Notes: generated from the letters alone by a model not told the origin. A stretch of 64,000 bases of DNA from Promethearchaeota archaeon (GCA_048939625.1 JBHLPH010000004.1:32001-96000); one strand, 5' to 3'; positions 31,966 through 42,547 are shown, numbered from the stretch's first letter. Translations and numbers: made by a program.

Positions 31966-33642
31966 ATGGAAATAAAAGAGAAGGAAACCGTATCCCAAAT
32001 GAAACGAGAATGGGAAAAGAAGACACTCAAAAAAACCTTAGACCAATCTCCGGAACGGCGAGAACGGTTTATTACCACATCAAGCCGCCCAATCGCTCGC
32101 TTATACACTCCGATTGACGTGGCTGATCTCGATTACGAAAAACACCTTGGATTTCCTGGTCAATTCCCCTTTACTCGGGGAGTTTATCCCTCTATGTATC
32201 GGGGTCGATTTTGGACTATGCGGATGTTCTCTGGGTTTGGAACCGCTGAGCAAACCAATGCACGATACCAGTATTTGCTGGAACAGGGGCAAACCGGGTT
32301 GAGTGTGGCCTTTCACCTGCCAACCATTCAGGGATTAGATTCAGATGACCCGATGTCAAAAGGTGAAATCGGCGTTTGTGGTGTCGCTATTGACTCGCTA
32401 GCAGATATGGAGATTCTGTTTTCAAAGATTCCACTCGACAAGGTTACTACATCCATGACCATTAATGCCCCAGCAGCAGTCCTTCTTTGCCTTTATATTG
32501 CAGCCGCAGAAAAACAAGGAGTCCCACCCACCAAGATCGGTGGTACAATCCAGAATGATATCCTCAAGGAATATCAAGCCCAAAAAACCTGGATTTTCCC
32601 ACCGGATCCTTCCATGCGCATCATTACAAATATCCTCGAGTTTTGCACAAAGAAGGTCCCTCGCTGGAATACTATTAGCATTAGCGGATATCATATCCGT
32701 GAAGCTGGTGCAACAGCAGTACAAGAACTCGCATTTACTCTCGCTAATGGTCTCGCCTATGTGCAGGCGGGTGTCGAGGCTGGATTAAATGTCGACGATT
32801 TTGCGCCTCGTCTTTCCTTTTTCTTTGATAGTCATTTGGACCTTTTTGAAGAAATCGCGAAATTCCGTGCTGCGCGACGAATCTGGGCTCGGGAAATGCG
32901 AGAACGATTCGATGCGAAGAATCCACGGTCCTATCTTCTCCGGTTCCATACTCAAACCGCTGGTGTTAGTCTAACCGCACAACAGCCTGAAAATAACATC
33001 ATCCGAACCACCATTCAAGCTCTAGCAGCTGTTCTCGGTGGTACCCAATCATTGCACACGAATTCCATGGATGAAGCGTGGGCCCTACCGACTGAGAAAG
33101 CTGCAACCATTGCATTACGTACTCAACAAGTCCTTGCATATGAAAGCGGTGTAGCCAACACAATTGATCCATTGGGTGGTTCCTATTTCATCGAGGCGTT
33201 AACCAACGAAATGGAAGAGGAGACCTACAAATACTTTGACCGCATCGAAAAACTCGGCGGTGTCGTCGATGCCATCAAGAAAGGCTTTTTCCAACGCGAA
33301 ATCTCCGATTCCGCCTTTCGATATCAGCGTGAAATCGAAGAAAAAGAACGAATCATAGTTGGGGTCAACGATTACATCACCGATGACCGTCTCGAAATAC
33401 CGGTTCTGAAAATCGATCCTGAAGTCGAACGAACCCAACTAGCCCGCTTGCAAAAGACCCGAAAAACACGAAACAACCAGAAAGTCGATGAATTACTCAG
33501 TCGCCTTCAACGAGCAGCAGAAGGAACTGATAATCTTCTACCACATATCCTCGCCGCAGTCCGCGAATACGCTACGATCGGCGAGATTTGTAACGCATTA
33601 CGAGAAGTATATGGAGAATATCAGGAACCCATCATCTTCTGA
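31966..33642 (+). CDS. Acyl-CoA mutase large subunit, isobutyryl-CoA mutase (IcmA)-type
   Basis: WTMRMFSGF (Phe) and [11 protein letters not shown] (Gln) are ICM-type determinants. Confidence 0.8.
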   Translation: MEIKEKETVSQMKREWEKKTLKKTLDQSPERRERFITTSSRPIARLYTPIDVADLDYEKHLGFPGQFPFTRGVYPSMYRGRFWTMRMFSGFGTAEQTNARYQYLLEQGQTGLSVAFHLPTIQGLDSDDPMSKGEIGVCGVAIDSLADMEILFSKIPLDKVTTSMTINAPAAVLLCLYIAAAEKQGVPPTKIGGTIQNDILKEYQAQKTWIFPPDPSMRIITNILEFCTKKVPRWNTISISGYHIREAGATAVQELAFTLANGLAYVQAGVEAGLNVDDFAPRLSFFFDSHLDLFEEIAKFRAARRIWAREMRERFDAKNPRSYLLRFHTQTAGVSLTAQQPENNIIRTTIQALAAVLGGTQSLHTNSMDEAWALPTEKAATIALRTQQVLAYESGVANTIDPLGGSYFIEALTNEMEEETYKYFDRIEKLGGVVDAIKKGFFQREISDSAFRYQREIEEKERIIVGVNDYITDDRLEIPVLKIDPEVERTQLARLQKTRKTRNNQKVDELLSRLQRAAEGTDNLLPHILAAVREYATIGEICNALREVYGEYQEPIIF

Positions 33643-33660
33643 TTAAAAAAACATGAAAAG

Positions 33661-34071
33661 TTGAATTTTATGACCGAAACCACAAAGAAAATCCGTGTGT
33701 TGATTGCTAAACCAGGTCTTGATGGACATGATCGTGGCGCAAAGGTCGTCGCGCGAGCTTTACGGGATGCGGGATTTGAAGTTATCTATACAGGACTACG
33801 TCAAACCCCAGAACAAGTTGCAGAGACCGCTCTCCAAGAGGATGTGGATGTTGTGGGGTTAAGCATCCTGTCGGGAGCGCATATGCGACTTTTTCCTGAA
33901 ATCATGAAGCTCCTCAAGGAAAGGGATATGAATGACGTTCTTGTCATTGCTGGCGGAATCATTCCTGAAGATGATGTCAAACCGCTAAAGAAGCTTGGAA
34001 TCAAAGCTATCTTTGGTCCAGGCACTCCAACGGGTGAAATCGTAGAGTTTATTCGAAAACATACAAAGTAA
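33661..34071 (+). CDS. Acyl-CoA mutase cobalamin-binding small subunit
   Basis: [10 protein letters not shown] (DxHxxG), SILSGAH, GGII. Confidence 0.95.
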   Translation: MNFMTETTKKIRVLIAKPGLDGHDRGAKVVARALRDAGFEVIYTGLRQTPEQVAETALQEDVDVVGLSILSGAHMRLFPEIMKLLKERDMNDVLVIAGGIIPEDDVKPLKKLGIKAIFGPGTPTGEIVEFIRKHTK

Positions 34072-34079
34072 CCACCGAT

Positions 34080-35054
34080 GTGGGTGTAATGCCTCCAGAT
34101 AGCACAGATTTGGTCAAACAGCTGCTCAAGGGCAATCGCCGGGCAGCAGCACGTTTAATGACATTGGCTGAATCGCTATCCCCGGAAGCTCATGGAGCTA
34201 TTAAGCAACTCTACGCGCATACTGGAAAGGCACACATTATTGGTGTCACTGGACCACCAGGCTCTGGTAAAAGCACGCTTGTTGATAAACTCATTGAACA
34301 CTTTCGCGCCCAGAAACTCACAGTGGGTGTCGTCGCTATAGACCCTAGCAGTCCCTTCTCTGGTGGTGCATTATTGGGAGATCGAATCCGAATGAACCGA
34401 TTTGCTGATGACCATGACGTCTTTATTCGGAGCATGGGTTCTCGAGGCAGCCTAGGCGGATTGGCTTGGGCCACTTATGATGTTGTCCATATTCTTGACG
34501 CCTTTGGAAAAGACATCATTATAGTCGAGACGGTCGGCGCCGGACAAGCCGAAGTCGACATTATCCGGCTTGCTGAAACCATCGTTTTACTTACGGTACC
34601 AGGGCTAGGCGATGATATCCAAACCATAAAGGCGGGCATAATGGAAATCGGCAGTATCTTTGTGATTAACAAGTCAGATCTTGATGGCGCGGATCGCCGA
34701 TATGTGGAACTTCAATCAGCATTGAATTTGGACCAAGAAACCAAAGGATGGCAACCACCAATCATTAAAGTCATTGCGACAAGCAGTGAAGGTGTTGAAG
34801 AACTTGTTAAGGCAATTCAAGATCACCATACATATCTCGTTGAAAGTGGGGAAATTTCTAAGAACCGTGAACAGCGCTGTTGCGCCCAATTGGAAACGAT
34901 TATGGAACAAAGCTTCATTCGTAAATTGTTCATGGATTCGGACGAACGAGCCATATTCCTTGAGCTCGTAAAGGAAGTGAATGATCGGAAAACGGATCCG
35001 TATACAGCTGCGGAACGGCTAATCCTTCATTTAATCGAGGCACCGAAAAAGTAA
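34080..35054 (+). CDS. meaB: Mutase-associated GTPase MeaB
   Basis: GPPGSGKST, DPSSPFSGGALLGDRIRM, ETVGAGQ, NKSD. Confidence 0.95.
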   Translation: MGVMPPDSTDLVKQLLKGNRRAAARLMTLAESLSPEAHGAIKQLYAHTGKAHIIGVTGPPGSGKSTLVDKLIEHFRAQKLTVGVVAIDPSSPFSGGALLGDRIRMNRFADDHDVFIRSMGSRGSLGGLAWATYDVVHILDAFGKDIIIVETVGAGQAEVDIIRLAETIVLLTVPGLGDDIQTIKAGIMEIGSIFVINKSDLDGADRRYVELQSALNLDQETKGWQPPIIKVIATSSEGVEELVKAIQDHHTYLVESGEISKNREQRCCAQLETIMEQSFIRKLFMDSDERAIFLELVKEVNDRKTDPYTAAERLILHLIEAPKK

Positions 35055-35062
35055 ATTCAATG

Positions 35063-35953
35063 CTATTTTCTTTTGGGACTACGACTAGCCTCAAGAGGTG
35101 TCCCTAGACCAACGGTGGGAGTTCCAGACCGAATTTGGTATGGAACTTTGAGATAAGTGGTCACTTCATCTGGTGCCGTGGTTTTCAAGATTTGTACGAA
35201 TTTGGATGGCTGCTTAAGACCTGGAACATCACCATAGCCCCATCGGAGAACTTGGTCAGCCATGCGCTCGCAGGCTGTATGGACATCAGGAACGGTCCCT
35301 CGCCATCCCATGTGTAAGACAAGAGTGTGTCCGAATTTGCGCATCAAGTTGATAAGACGACGAAGGTAGTTGAGGGCAGGGGTAGGTCCAACACCATCAA
35401 TGAAGTCGTCCACATAGGCGAAAATCATGCGAATGGAGCCTTTCCCATGTAGTGAGGAAGTGATGTTGCTAATTGCTGCGGGTAATCCATCTACGGATTG
35501 TATTTCATCCGGTTTACGAGGAGAAACGAGAAGGTTCGGATTACCTCCCATTTTTTTGATTCGCTCCTGGTAGGAGGTCTTGATTAATTCTCTTTCATGG
35601 TCGCCGAACCCACGGAAGGTAAACATGTCCACCCAATGGAAACGATTGTCTTTACTTACTTCTAAGAAGACATTAAAGGACTCAGATAATTTCCGTTCAC
35701 ACCATAATGCGATGGCAACTGGATCAGCATATGTGGTAACTAAAAGAAGGGTCTCAGAGTCTTGCACATCATTTGTAAGCCATTGTATGGATAGGCTGAT
35801 TGGATCAGTGAAGGTCTGATTCTGTACATACATGATGGTCGAAGTACCAGACATAATACCGAAGTATTGGTCGAAGCTCTTGTTAGCAGTATACAACCGT
35901 CTTCGGTCTTCAATTCCCTCAAGTAGAATACGTGAATCCGGTCCTTCACTCAT
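35063..35953 (-). CDS. Degenerate RAD55/KaiC-like protein
   Basis: 'TANKSFDQYFG', 'WVDMFT', 'ERMADQVLR' fit the fold; no Walker A. Confidence 0.5.
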   Translation of the reverse strand: MSEGPDSRILLEGIEDRRRLYTANKSFDQYFGIMSGTSTIMYVQNQTFTDPISLSIQWLTNDVQDSETLLLVTTYADPVAIALWCERKLSESFNVFLEVSKDNRFHWVDMFTFRGFGDHERELIKTSYQERIKKMGGNPNLLVSPRKPDEIQSVDGLPAAISNITSSLHGKGSIRMIFAYVDDFIDGVGPTPALNYLRRLINLMRKFGHTLVLHMGWRGTVPDVHTACERMADQVLRWGYGDVPGLKQPSKFVQILKTTAPDEVTTYLKVPYQIRSGTPTVGLGTPLEASRSPKRK

Positions 35954-36130
35954 CGAAAATAAACTCCCGCCTGTTTATACGATATCTAATAGGCGGAAAG
36001 CATTTAATGGGTTTCCCTCGGCTTTAGCACCTTCTTTTTTTCATCGCGATTTCTGTAATCAGGGCTGAGAAGACTTTTAAGCAAAGTAGTTTCGTGTTAG
36101 CGCCAGTCATGGCAAATGCCATCGTGAGCC

Positions 36131-36943
36131 GTGAGGGCAGCTGACATGAAAATCATTGTTCCCATCAAACAGGTTCCCGAAATCGCAGAAGTCAAAATTG
36201 ACCCCGAAACCAAAACGCTCATCCGAGCCGGGGTCCCTTCAATCCTCAATCCTTTCGACGAATTCGCTGTCGAAGAAGCCGTTCGCATCAAAGAACAATT
36301 GGGTGAAAGCGAGGTTGTAATCATTACTATGGGCCCACCACAAGCTGAAGAAGCACTGAAAAAATGCCTTGCCATGGGAGGAGATCGCGCAGTACACCTC
36401 TCCGATCGCGCGTTTGCTGGAGCAGATACCTGGGCAACCGCATACACTATCGCCCAAGCTATCAAAACTGAAGATCCCTATGATCTCATCATTTGTGGAA
36501 AACAAGCCATCGACGGAGATACAGCACAAGTCGGTCCTGAAATTGCCGAGATTCTTGGCATTCCCCAGGTCACATATGTAGTAAATGTAGAGATAGCTGA
36601 AAGTAAGAAAAGAATCAAGGTGAAACGGGAAACTGATGAGGGATTTGAAATCGTCGAATGTCGACTTCCCGCCCTTCTCACAGCCACAAAGGGCCTCAAC
36701 GAGCCCCGATTACCGAGTCTAATGGCAATTATGAAGGCGAGTAAAAAAGAAATCAAGCTCGTTACAGCAGAAGCCCTCGGTGGTGATACTGACCGGTATG
36801 GGCTCCCCGGATCACCAACCCAAGTCGTAGAAGTGTTCACTCCTGAACAGCGAACAGGTGGCGTCAAAATTGATGGAATCGAAGATCCAGAAGGTGCAGC
36901 TAAACAACTCGTTGAGTGGCTGCTGAAAAAAGGAGTGATTTAG
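36131..36943 (+). CDS. etfB: Electron transfer flavoprotein beta subunit (likely start 36146)
   Basis: KQVP, NPFDEFAVEEA, GKQAIDGDTAQVG, NEPR. Confidence 0.95.
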   Translation: MRAADMKIIVPIKQVPEIAEVKIDPETKTLIRAGVPSILNPFDEFAVEEAVRIKEQLGESEVVIITMGPPQAEEALKKCLAMGGDRAVHLSDRAFAGADTWATAYTIAQAIKTEDPYDLIICGKQAIDGDTAQVGPEIAEILGIPQVTYVVNVEIAESKKRIKVKRETDEGFEIVECRLPALLTATKGLNEPRLPSLMAIMKASKKEIKLVTAEALGGDTDRYGLPGSPTQVVEVFTPEQRTGGVKIDGIEDPEGAAKQLVEWLLKKGVI

Positions 36944-36959
36944 CGGAAGGTGATCTATC

Positions 36960-38153
36960 ATGCTAAATATTGACAAAGAAAAATGCACTGGTTGCAGCCT
37001 CTGTGTGAAAGTCTGCCCCTTTGATGCTATGCATTTGGTTGATGAGAAAGCAGAAGCTGACGAAAAATGCACCCTCTGTGGCGCTTGTGTGAAAGTCTGC
37101 CCTGTCAATGCATTATCAATAGAACGTAAACGTGTGGATCCCTCTAAATTCACGGAATATAAAGGAGTCTGGGTCTGGGCAGAACAAGTCGATGGCCAAC
37201 TCCGCAATGTCGTCTTAGAGTTGCTCGGGAAAGGGCGTGAACTAGCAGACAAACTTGGTGAACCCCTAGGTGCAGTTCTCCTTGGGCATAATGTCGGAAG
37301 CCTGCCCGAAACCCTCATCCAACATGGAGCAGATATCGTTTATATTAGTGACCAAGAGATGCTAGCACAATACACAACGGAAGCTTATACCGATGTGATT
37401 GCAGCCTTGATTGTCACCGAGAAACCCAACATTATCTTATATGGTGCAACAGGCAATGGCCGAGACCTTGGTCCTCGCATCGCAGCAAGGCTCATTCTCG
37501 GCTTGACCGCTGATTGTACCGGTCTGGACATCGACGATAAACGCCAGCTCGTCCAAACTCGTCCCGCGTTTGGCGGTAACATCATGGCCTCCATTCTTAG
37601 TCCTTATACTAGACCCCAGATGGCAACAGTCCGCCCTAACGTCTTCAAAGTCCCCGAACTGGATTCTTCCAGGAAAGGGGAAATCAAACATGTGGATATC
37701 AAGGTTAACAAAGCTGCGGTCCGAACAAAGATTGTAAACACTATTATTGAAATGGAAGAAGGCGCTCTGAAAGTTGATGAAGCTGAAATTGTCGTCACCT
37801 GTGGACGTGGAATCAAAGAACCACAAAATATCGAAGTCGTCGCTGAACTCGCTAACGAATTAAACGCCGCCTTAGGTGGTTCTCGCCCAATTGTTGATCA
37901 AGGTTGGATGAAGCACCATCAGCAGGTCGGCCAATCTGGACGCACCATTGCTCCAAAACTCTACATCGCTTGCGGAATTAGTGGGGCCATACAGCACCTG
38001 GTAGGCATGCGAACGAGTGACGTCATCGTCGCCATTAACACAGATCCTGATGCTCCGATTCATACAGTGTCTGACTTTTCCATTGTTGGTGACATCTTCA
38101 AGATCGTCCCTGCAATTGTCAAAGAGTTGAAGCATGTTAAAGCTCAGAAATAG
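36960..38153 (+). CDS. etfA: Electron transfer flavoprotein alpha subunit with N-terminal 2x[4Fe-4S] ferredoxin
   Basis: Two CxxCxxCxxxCP; GLTADCT, QVGQSG, GISGAIQH. Confidence 0.95.
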   Translation: MLNIDKEKCTGCSLCVKVCPFDAMHLVDEKAEADEKCTLCGACVKVCPVNALSIERKRVDPSKFTEYKGVWVWAEQVDGQLRNVVLELLGKGRELADKLGEPLGAVLLGHNVGSLPETLIQHGADIVYISDQEMLAQYTTEAYTDVIAALIVTEKPNIILYGATGNGRDLGPRIAARLILGLTADCTGLDIDDKRQLVQTRPAFGGNIMASILSPYTRPQMATVRPNVFKVPELDSSRKGEIKHVDIKVNKAAVRTKIVNTIIEMEEGALKVDEAEIVVTCGRGIKEPQNIEVVAELANELNAALGGSRPIVDQGWMKHHQQVGQSGRTIAPKLYIACGISGAIQHLVGMRTSDVIVAINTDPDAPIHTVSDFSIVGDIFKIVPAIVKELKHVKAQK

Positions 38154-38229
38154 ATTTTATGCAGGATTGGTAGTAGTCAATCCTAATGATTCTTGAGTTC
38201 TAACTGGCAGAATTAAAACTAGTGGGTCT

Positions 38230-38669
38230 TTGAACCGATCAGTGCTTAATGCCGTTGGTTTGTTAGCTCTCTGTTGCATTCCACTAGCTCTAATTGGTGT
38301 AATCGTATACAGCCGTTCAACTATAACCCCGAATGATCAATTTTTTACGCTACAAATTTCCGAGATTCCACATCTGAATATTTCATCATGGCGATTGGTT
38401 GTTGATGGACAAGTTACAAATCCCCTTAACTTAACCTATAACGAAGTACTTGTCCTTCATCCTATTTCATTAATCGCGACGTTACAGTGCGTGGAAGGAA
38501 TTGCTGCAACGGCTGAATGGAAGGGTGTAAAACTTGGGGATGTACTTGACCTCGCCCAGAGCAATTCAGCATTATTCGACGTCATCTTTATGGATTCGTC
38601 CTGTTAACCGTAACTATTGTTACGGGCTTTCTCCTGACTCTGGGAGGTAGTTTTCTTTATATCTACTAA
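38230..38669 (+). pseudogene. Truncated/frameshifted MsrP/YuiH-like molybdopterin-binding protein
   Basis: 'WRLVVDGQV', 'LQCVEG...AEWKGV' then stop at 38607; the -1 frame from 38589 reads YGFVLLTVTIVTGFLLTLGGSFLYIY* (TM-like). Confidence 0.6.
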
Positions 38670-38686
38670 CGGACTGCTTTTGTGGA

Positions 38687-39133
38687 CTATGCTTCGAGTG
38701 GTTTTGTAGCGACAATCCCTGCAATGAAGACAAGAAGTCCTGGGAGCCAACTCGAGAGTATGAGGCCTAGCCAGAAGGGAGGCCAAGTGGTGCCAAAGAG
38801 GGTAAAGGCTAGAAAACCAGGGATAAGACCGCAGAGGATCAATGCAAGTAGACCTGTGATGATAAGCCAGAGTCTACTTCGTCCGGGTATGCTCGCCATG
38901 ACGAACCAAATAATCATGAAAATAAAGCCCAAGACGACCGTTAGAAACATCCAGGCCATTGTCGTCGTTGCTAGGTCCAAGAGTGGATCACCGGGTGTAA
39001 ATATTGAGCCAAGGATAATGACGACAAAGATAATGAAGCCAAAGAAGCCATTGGTGACCAGATAGATGAGTTGGAGGATTGCGCCGAGGATGATGAAGAT
39101 CCTGGCGATTGTATTTCTTTCCACCATGATCAC
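38687..39133 (-). CDS. Hypothetical membrane protein
   Basis: Four to five hydrophobic helices; GGAGGTGA upstream. Confidence 0.7.
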   Translation of the reverse strand: MIMVERNTIARIFIILGAILQLIYLVTNGFFGFIIFVVIILGSIFTPGDPLLDLATTTMAWMFLTVVLGFIFMIIWFVMASIPGRSRLWLIITGLLALILCGLIPGFLAFTLFGTTWPPFWLGLILSSWLPGLLVFIAGIVATKPLEA

Positions 39134-39221
39134 CTCCCTGAATCGTGATAAGTAATTGCTATTCAGGTCTGTAAAGTATTAAAATCGAGAGGGTCATGGC
39201 GTAGAATTATCTTTTGAAACC

Positions 39222-39992
39222 TTATTTATGGGCAAGAGAAACGAGATTTCGGCTGGTGGAGGGAGAGAAGGGGGTCTGTTGGTAATCTGCGTAGTATTGG
39301 AGCCGTTTAAACTCAACTGTTCTGAGAAGCTGGGTCAGGTGGGCTTGAGTGAGCTGAAGAACGGGCTGTTCACGAGTTTTGGTTTTCCAGCCGGTTTCAG
39401 TTTTTACAAATGCTGAAAACACCATGGTTGTTGTAATTTCGTTAGATAAATCTTCAAAAAATCGTGCAAAAATCACCTCATTCCCTGCAGTTGTGAATCC
39501 AGCTTTGAGGGGAAAGAAGCGGAAGTGGGTAGTTCGTATTTCTTCGAAGTTAAGTATCTGAGAAACAAAAATGCCATCCTTAGAGAGCAAGGATTTGACT
39601 CCTTGAAGGGCTGTTTTCAAAGCATCAATCGAGGGGAGAAGCGCCAGTGAATTACCTAGGCATAATATAAGATCAAATGGACTCGTCACGGTTGTTTTCG
39701 CATTCTGCATATCGGCAGTGTGGAATTGGACCCTAACTTTGCTTTTCTCGGCATGGCGAGTAGCTGCAGCAATCATTTCTGAACTTATATCCAGACCAAT
39801 TACATCATGGCCTCTCTGAGCTAAAGCAACGGCGTGGCGTCCGCTGCCACAAGCTAAGTCGAGAATTCGGGCTTTTGTTTGGTCCTTTATGAGGCTATTA
39901 ATAAAGGGAAGTTCCCGCTGAAGTCGTTGCTCCCAGTCTATGGATTGGTCATAGACGAGTGCGAGTTCATCAAAGACAGGCATTTTCATCAA
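39222..39992 (-). CDS. Class I SAM-dependent methyltransferase
   Basis: ILDLACGSGRH, GLDIS, FDLILCLGNS. Confidence 0.92.
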   Translation of the reverse strand: MMKMPVFDELALVYDQSIDWEQRLQRELPFINSLIKDQTKARILDLACGSGRHAVALAQRGHDVIGLDISSEMIAAATRHAEKSKVRVQFHTADMQNAKTTVTSPFDLILCLGNSLALLPSIDALKTALQGVKSLLSKDGIFVSQILNFEEIRTTHFRFFPLKAGFTTAGNEVIFARFFEDLSNEITTTMVFSAFVKTETGWKTKTREQPVLQLTQAHLTQLLRTVEFKRLQYYADYQQTPFSPSTSRNLVSLAHK

Positions 39993-41062
39993 CCAGATTT
40001 GGAGGAGGTTTTAGTCTCCCAAAACTTGTCGGGATCCAATGGGACATCATTAAAGGTGCGTTTTGTGTAGGGGCAAACTGCAATACAAGTGGAGCAATCA
40101 CCGCCATTATCGCACCAGAATTCATAGCAGAGTTCAGCATTGACTGGCCATTTTAAAACGCCCGGATTATTGGATTTACAGGAGGGAGTAAAGGTAGGTT
40201 CATCCTCTTTGGAAATGGCGTCGACTTCGCAGGCTTCTGCACAACATTTACAACTACTACAGAATTCGGTGACTCCGAAGTCAATGGGTTGGTCGTAATG
40301 GAGGGGGAGGTTCGTGAAGATTTTACAGAGGCGCACACGTGCTCCAAATTTGGGAGTGATGAGGAGACCATGACGTCCCAGTTGTCCAAGACCAGCATCA
40401 ATTGCAAGGGGAATACTAAGTCCTGTGTCGTTGGCACATTGAATTGCTGTGTACCCGAAATTACGGATAAATTCACCGAGAAGAGCAAGAACGAAACCCA
40501 TTCGGGAATAACCAACACCAGTGGCGGCAGCTGCAGGGATAGCTGGAGAGGTGGCAATGCCTTCGGGATCCATATGAATAGCCATGACGATGGCTGAAGT
40601 ACAATCCTCTGGAATATCAGTATTAGCATAAATCCAATTGGAATTAACTTGGCAAATCCCGACGAGAGAAGCACCATATAGGAAGGCCGCTCGTTTAACA
40701 TAAGCACTCATCTTGAGGGGTTCGGGGACTTCGAAGTCAATTTTCGATAAATCATGGTCCAGTTCTGCTGCAGGTTCACGAAATTTCGAAATTCGAGAGT
40801 GTGCAAAGGTGCCCTTGTAGGTATCGTGGAGGGTCCAAGCGGCTTCCTCTAGGGCAAAATCGACGTGGGAATAACCCGGTTTCGGGTGTCGAATGAGCTC
40901 GGGAACCCGTTCATCGATCATCCGTTGATGACCTGGCCACTGGGAATCCGAATACACGCGGTTGAAAATTAAGTTATCGAGATTATAACGTGCAAGCTGT
41001 TCATCATTAATTGTGTAGGGAGGGTTCTTAACTTGCCTGATATGCTTGATGGGGATTCCCAT
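39989..41062 (-). CDS. Reductive dehalogenase-like cobalamin/Fe-S protein
   Basis: 'GASLVGIC', 'PLAIDAGLGQLGRHGLLITPKFG', FCxxCxxCxxxC and CxxxW...CxxCxxxCP. Confidence 0.8.
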   Translation of the reverse strand: MGIPIKHIRQVKNPPYTINDEQLARYNLDNLIFNRVYSDSQWPGHQRMIDERVPELIRHPKPGYSHVDFALEEAAWTLHDTYKGTFAHSRISKFREPAAELDHDLSKIDFEVPEPLKMSAYVKRAAFLYGASLVGICQVNSNWIYANTDIPEDCTSAIVMAIHMDPEGIATSPAIPAAAATGVGYSRMGFVLALLGEFIRNFGYTAIQCANDTGLSIPLAIDAGLGQLGRHGLLITPKFGARVRLCKIFTNLPLHYDQPIDFGVTEFCSSCKCCAEACEVDAISKEDEPTFTPSCKSNNPGVLKWPVNAELCYEFWCDNGGDCSTCIAVCPYTKRTFNDVPLDPDKFWETKTSSKSG

Positions 41063-41359
41063 GAAGATTCCACCTTATGTGTAATTGTGTCTTGAGGCTT
41101 TTGAACGTTCACTACTGACCACTCGTGGCCTTGAAGGTTTCAACGAAATGAAACACTTCAGTAGAGGTGTTGTAGAAAGAACCGGAGCAACACAGATTAC
41201 ATCAGGTTTGCGCCAATCACACAAAATATCAGCTTTTATGAGGTGCCCAAATAGAGCTTTATGGCATAGGATGGGCTAGTGCCATATTTTATAATCCAAC
41301 ATCAACTGCAGGTAGTGTCTTCTAAGCGCTACACGGTGAACAGAAGAAGTTCAGGTCTG

Positions 41360-42547
41360 CTAGAAGAAAAAGGCGTCTTCATCCTCGTCTTCGGATTCCT
41401 CAGGAGCAGCTTCTTCAGGGGCAGATTCTTTTGTTGTCTCAGAGGATTCGGCTACATCAAAGATAATGGGAGTTCGGGTTTCCTTAGAGGAAGAGTCTGT
41501 CTCAGGTTCGGGTTCTTCCTTAACGACTTCCTCTGGGACTTCTTCTGGTTCAGGAACCGGAGGAATTGGTGGAGGCGTATCTTCCGTTTCAGAGGGTTCA
41601 GTTGGTGTCTCTTCAGCATCTTCAGTTTCATCCTCTTCTTCAGGAAGCTCTTCAGCTACTGGTTCACGAACTGATGGTTCGATTTCTGCGGGTTCAAAAG
41701 TTTCTGCAATTGACTCCTCTTCCTCCTCTTCCTCCTCTTCCTCCTCTTCCTCCTCTTCCTCCTCTTCCTCCTCTTCGTCCTCTTCGTCGTCATCTTCAGC
41801 TTCTATTTCAGTAAAAGGAGTGAGTGTAATGTCTCCATCCTTGACCTCATACAGGTAGAGTAGAGGATCAAAGTCGATTCCTCGCATTTTCTCGATTTGA
41901 CAGGCGCTCTGCCACCCCTCCTCGTCATAAATCTTGTAGAGGGCAATTACTCCATCAACGATGTGTTCAAGGCGTCGAAGATCTTCTTCATCGTGGGCTT
42001 CCCTAGCGATTATGTACAGAAGAATGTTGCCATGATTTTTCTGTGCACTCATCTGGTGATGCAAATAGCTCATCACTTCATCGGGTTCACGGGCTGCATA
42101 AATAATGGAGGTTAACGAGTCGAAAACACCACGAAGATTATTTTCTGGTTTTAAGGTAAGGACGACTCGACGAATCACATCATAGACTTGTCGTGAATTC
42201 CCGATATCATGCACTGAAAAGTCGCTTTCGGGTTCAAACTCTCGCCACCCGAACGCATCCGTGAACGCATCGATTCCAATCAACTGTTGGTTTTTTAATG
42301 CATCATCGACATCGATGCCCTTGGAGCGCAAATGCTCGTAGGCAAAGCGGAGGGGATATTCGGTGCAAAGGAGGTAGGCTAGTTCACTATTGTTAAGTCC
42401 GGTGGCCAGAAAGTTCGAGATGAAGGCATCTGGTCGTGTGCCGGGGTCAATTTCAAGTAAGACAACGTATCCACGTGGAATACCACCACCGAGGGCGTCG
42501 TCGAGGACTGGAATACCGAGGGGTGTTTTGTCTGTCATACTTTCCAC
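41360..42547 (-). CDS. RAD55/KaiC-like protein with degenerate Walker A and long acidic tail
   Basis: 'GIPVLDDALGGGIPRG', 'DPGTRPD' at P-loop, 'IEKMRG'; about 150 aa E/P-rich C-terminus. Confidence 0.8.
   Translation of the reverse strand: MESMTDKTPLGIPVLDDALGGGIPRGYVVLLEIDPGTRPDAFISNFLATGLNNSELAYLLCTEYPLRFAYEHLRSKGIDVDDALKNQQLIGIDAFTDAFGWREFEPESDFSVHDIGNSRQVYDVIRRVVLTLKPENNLRGVFDSLTSIIYAAREPDEVMSYLHHQMSAQKNHGNILLYIIAREAHDEEDLRRLEHIVDGVIALYKIYDEEGWQSACQIEKMRGIDFDPLLYLYEVKDGDITLTPFTEIEAEDDDEEDEEEEEEEEEEEEEEEEEEEEESIAETFEPAEIEPSVREPVAEELPEEEDETEDAEETPTEPSETEDTPPPIPPVPEPEEVPEEVVKEEPEPETDSSSKETRTPIIFDVAESSETTKESAPEEAAPEESEDEDEDAFFF
41715..41786 (+). repeat. 9-bp tandem repeat (TCCTCTTCC)x6 plus 2 variants, encoding poly-Glu on the minus strand
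   Basis: Read directly; gives a run of 20 Glu. Confidence 0.95.

Noticed and set aside
41715-41786. CRISPR or other non-coding repeat array
   Set aside because: Spacerless 9-bp microsatellite inside a CDS; no CRISPR array or cas gene was seen in the window.
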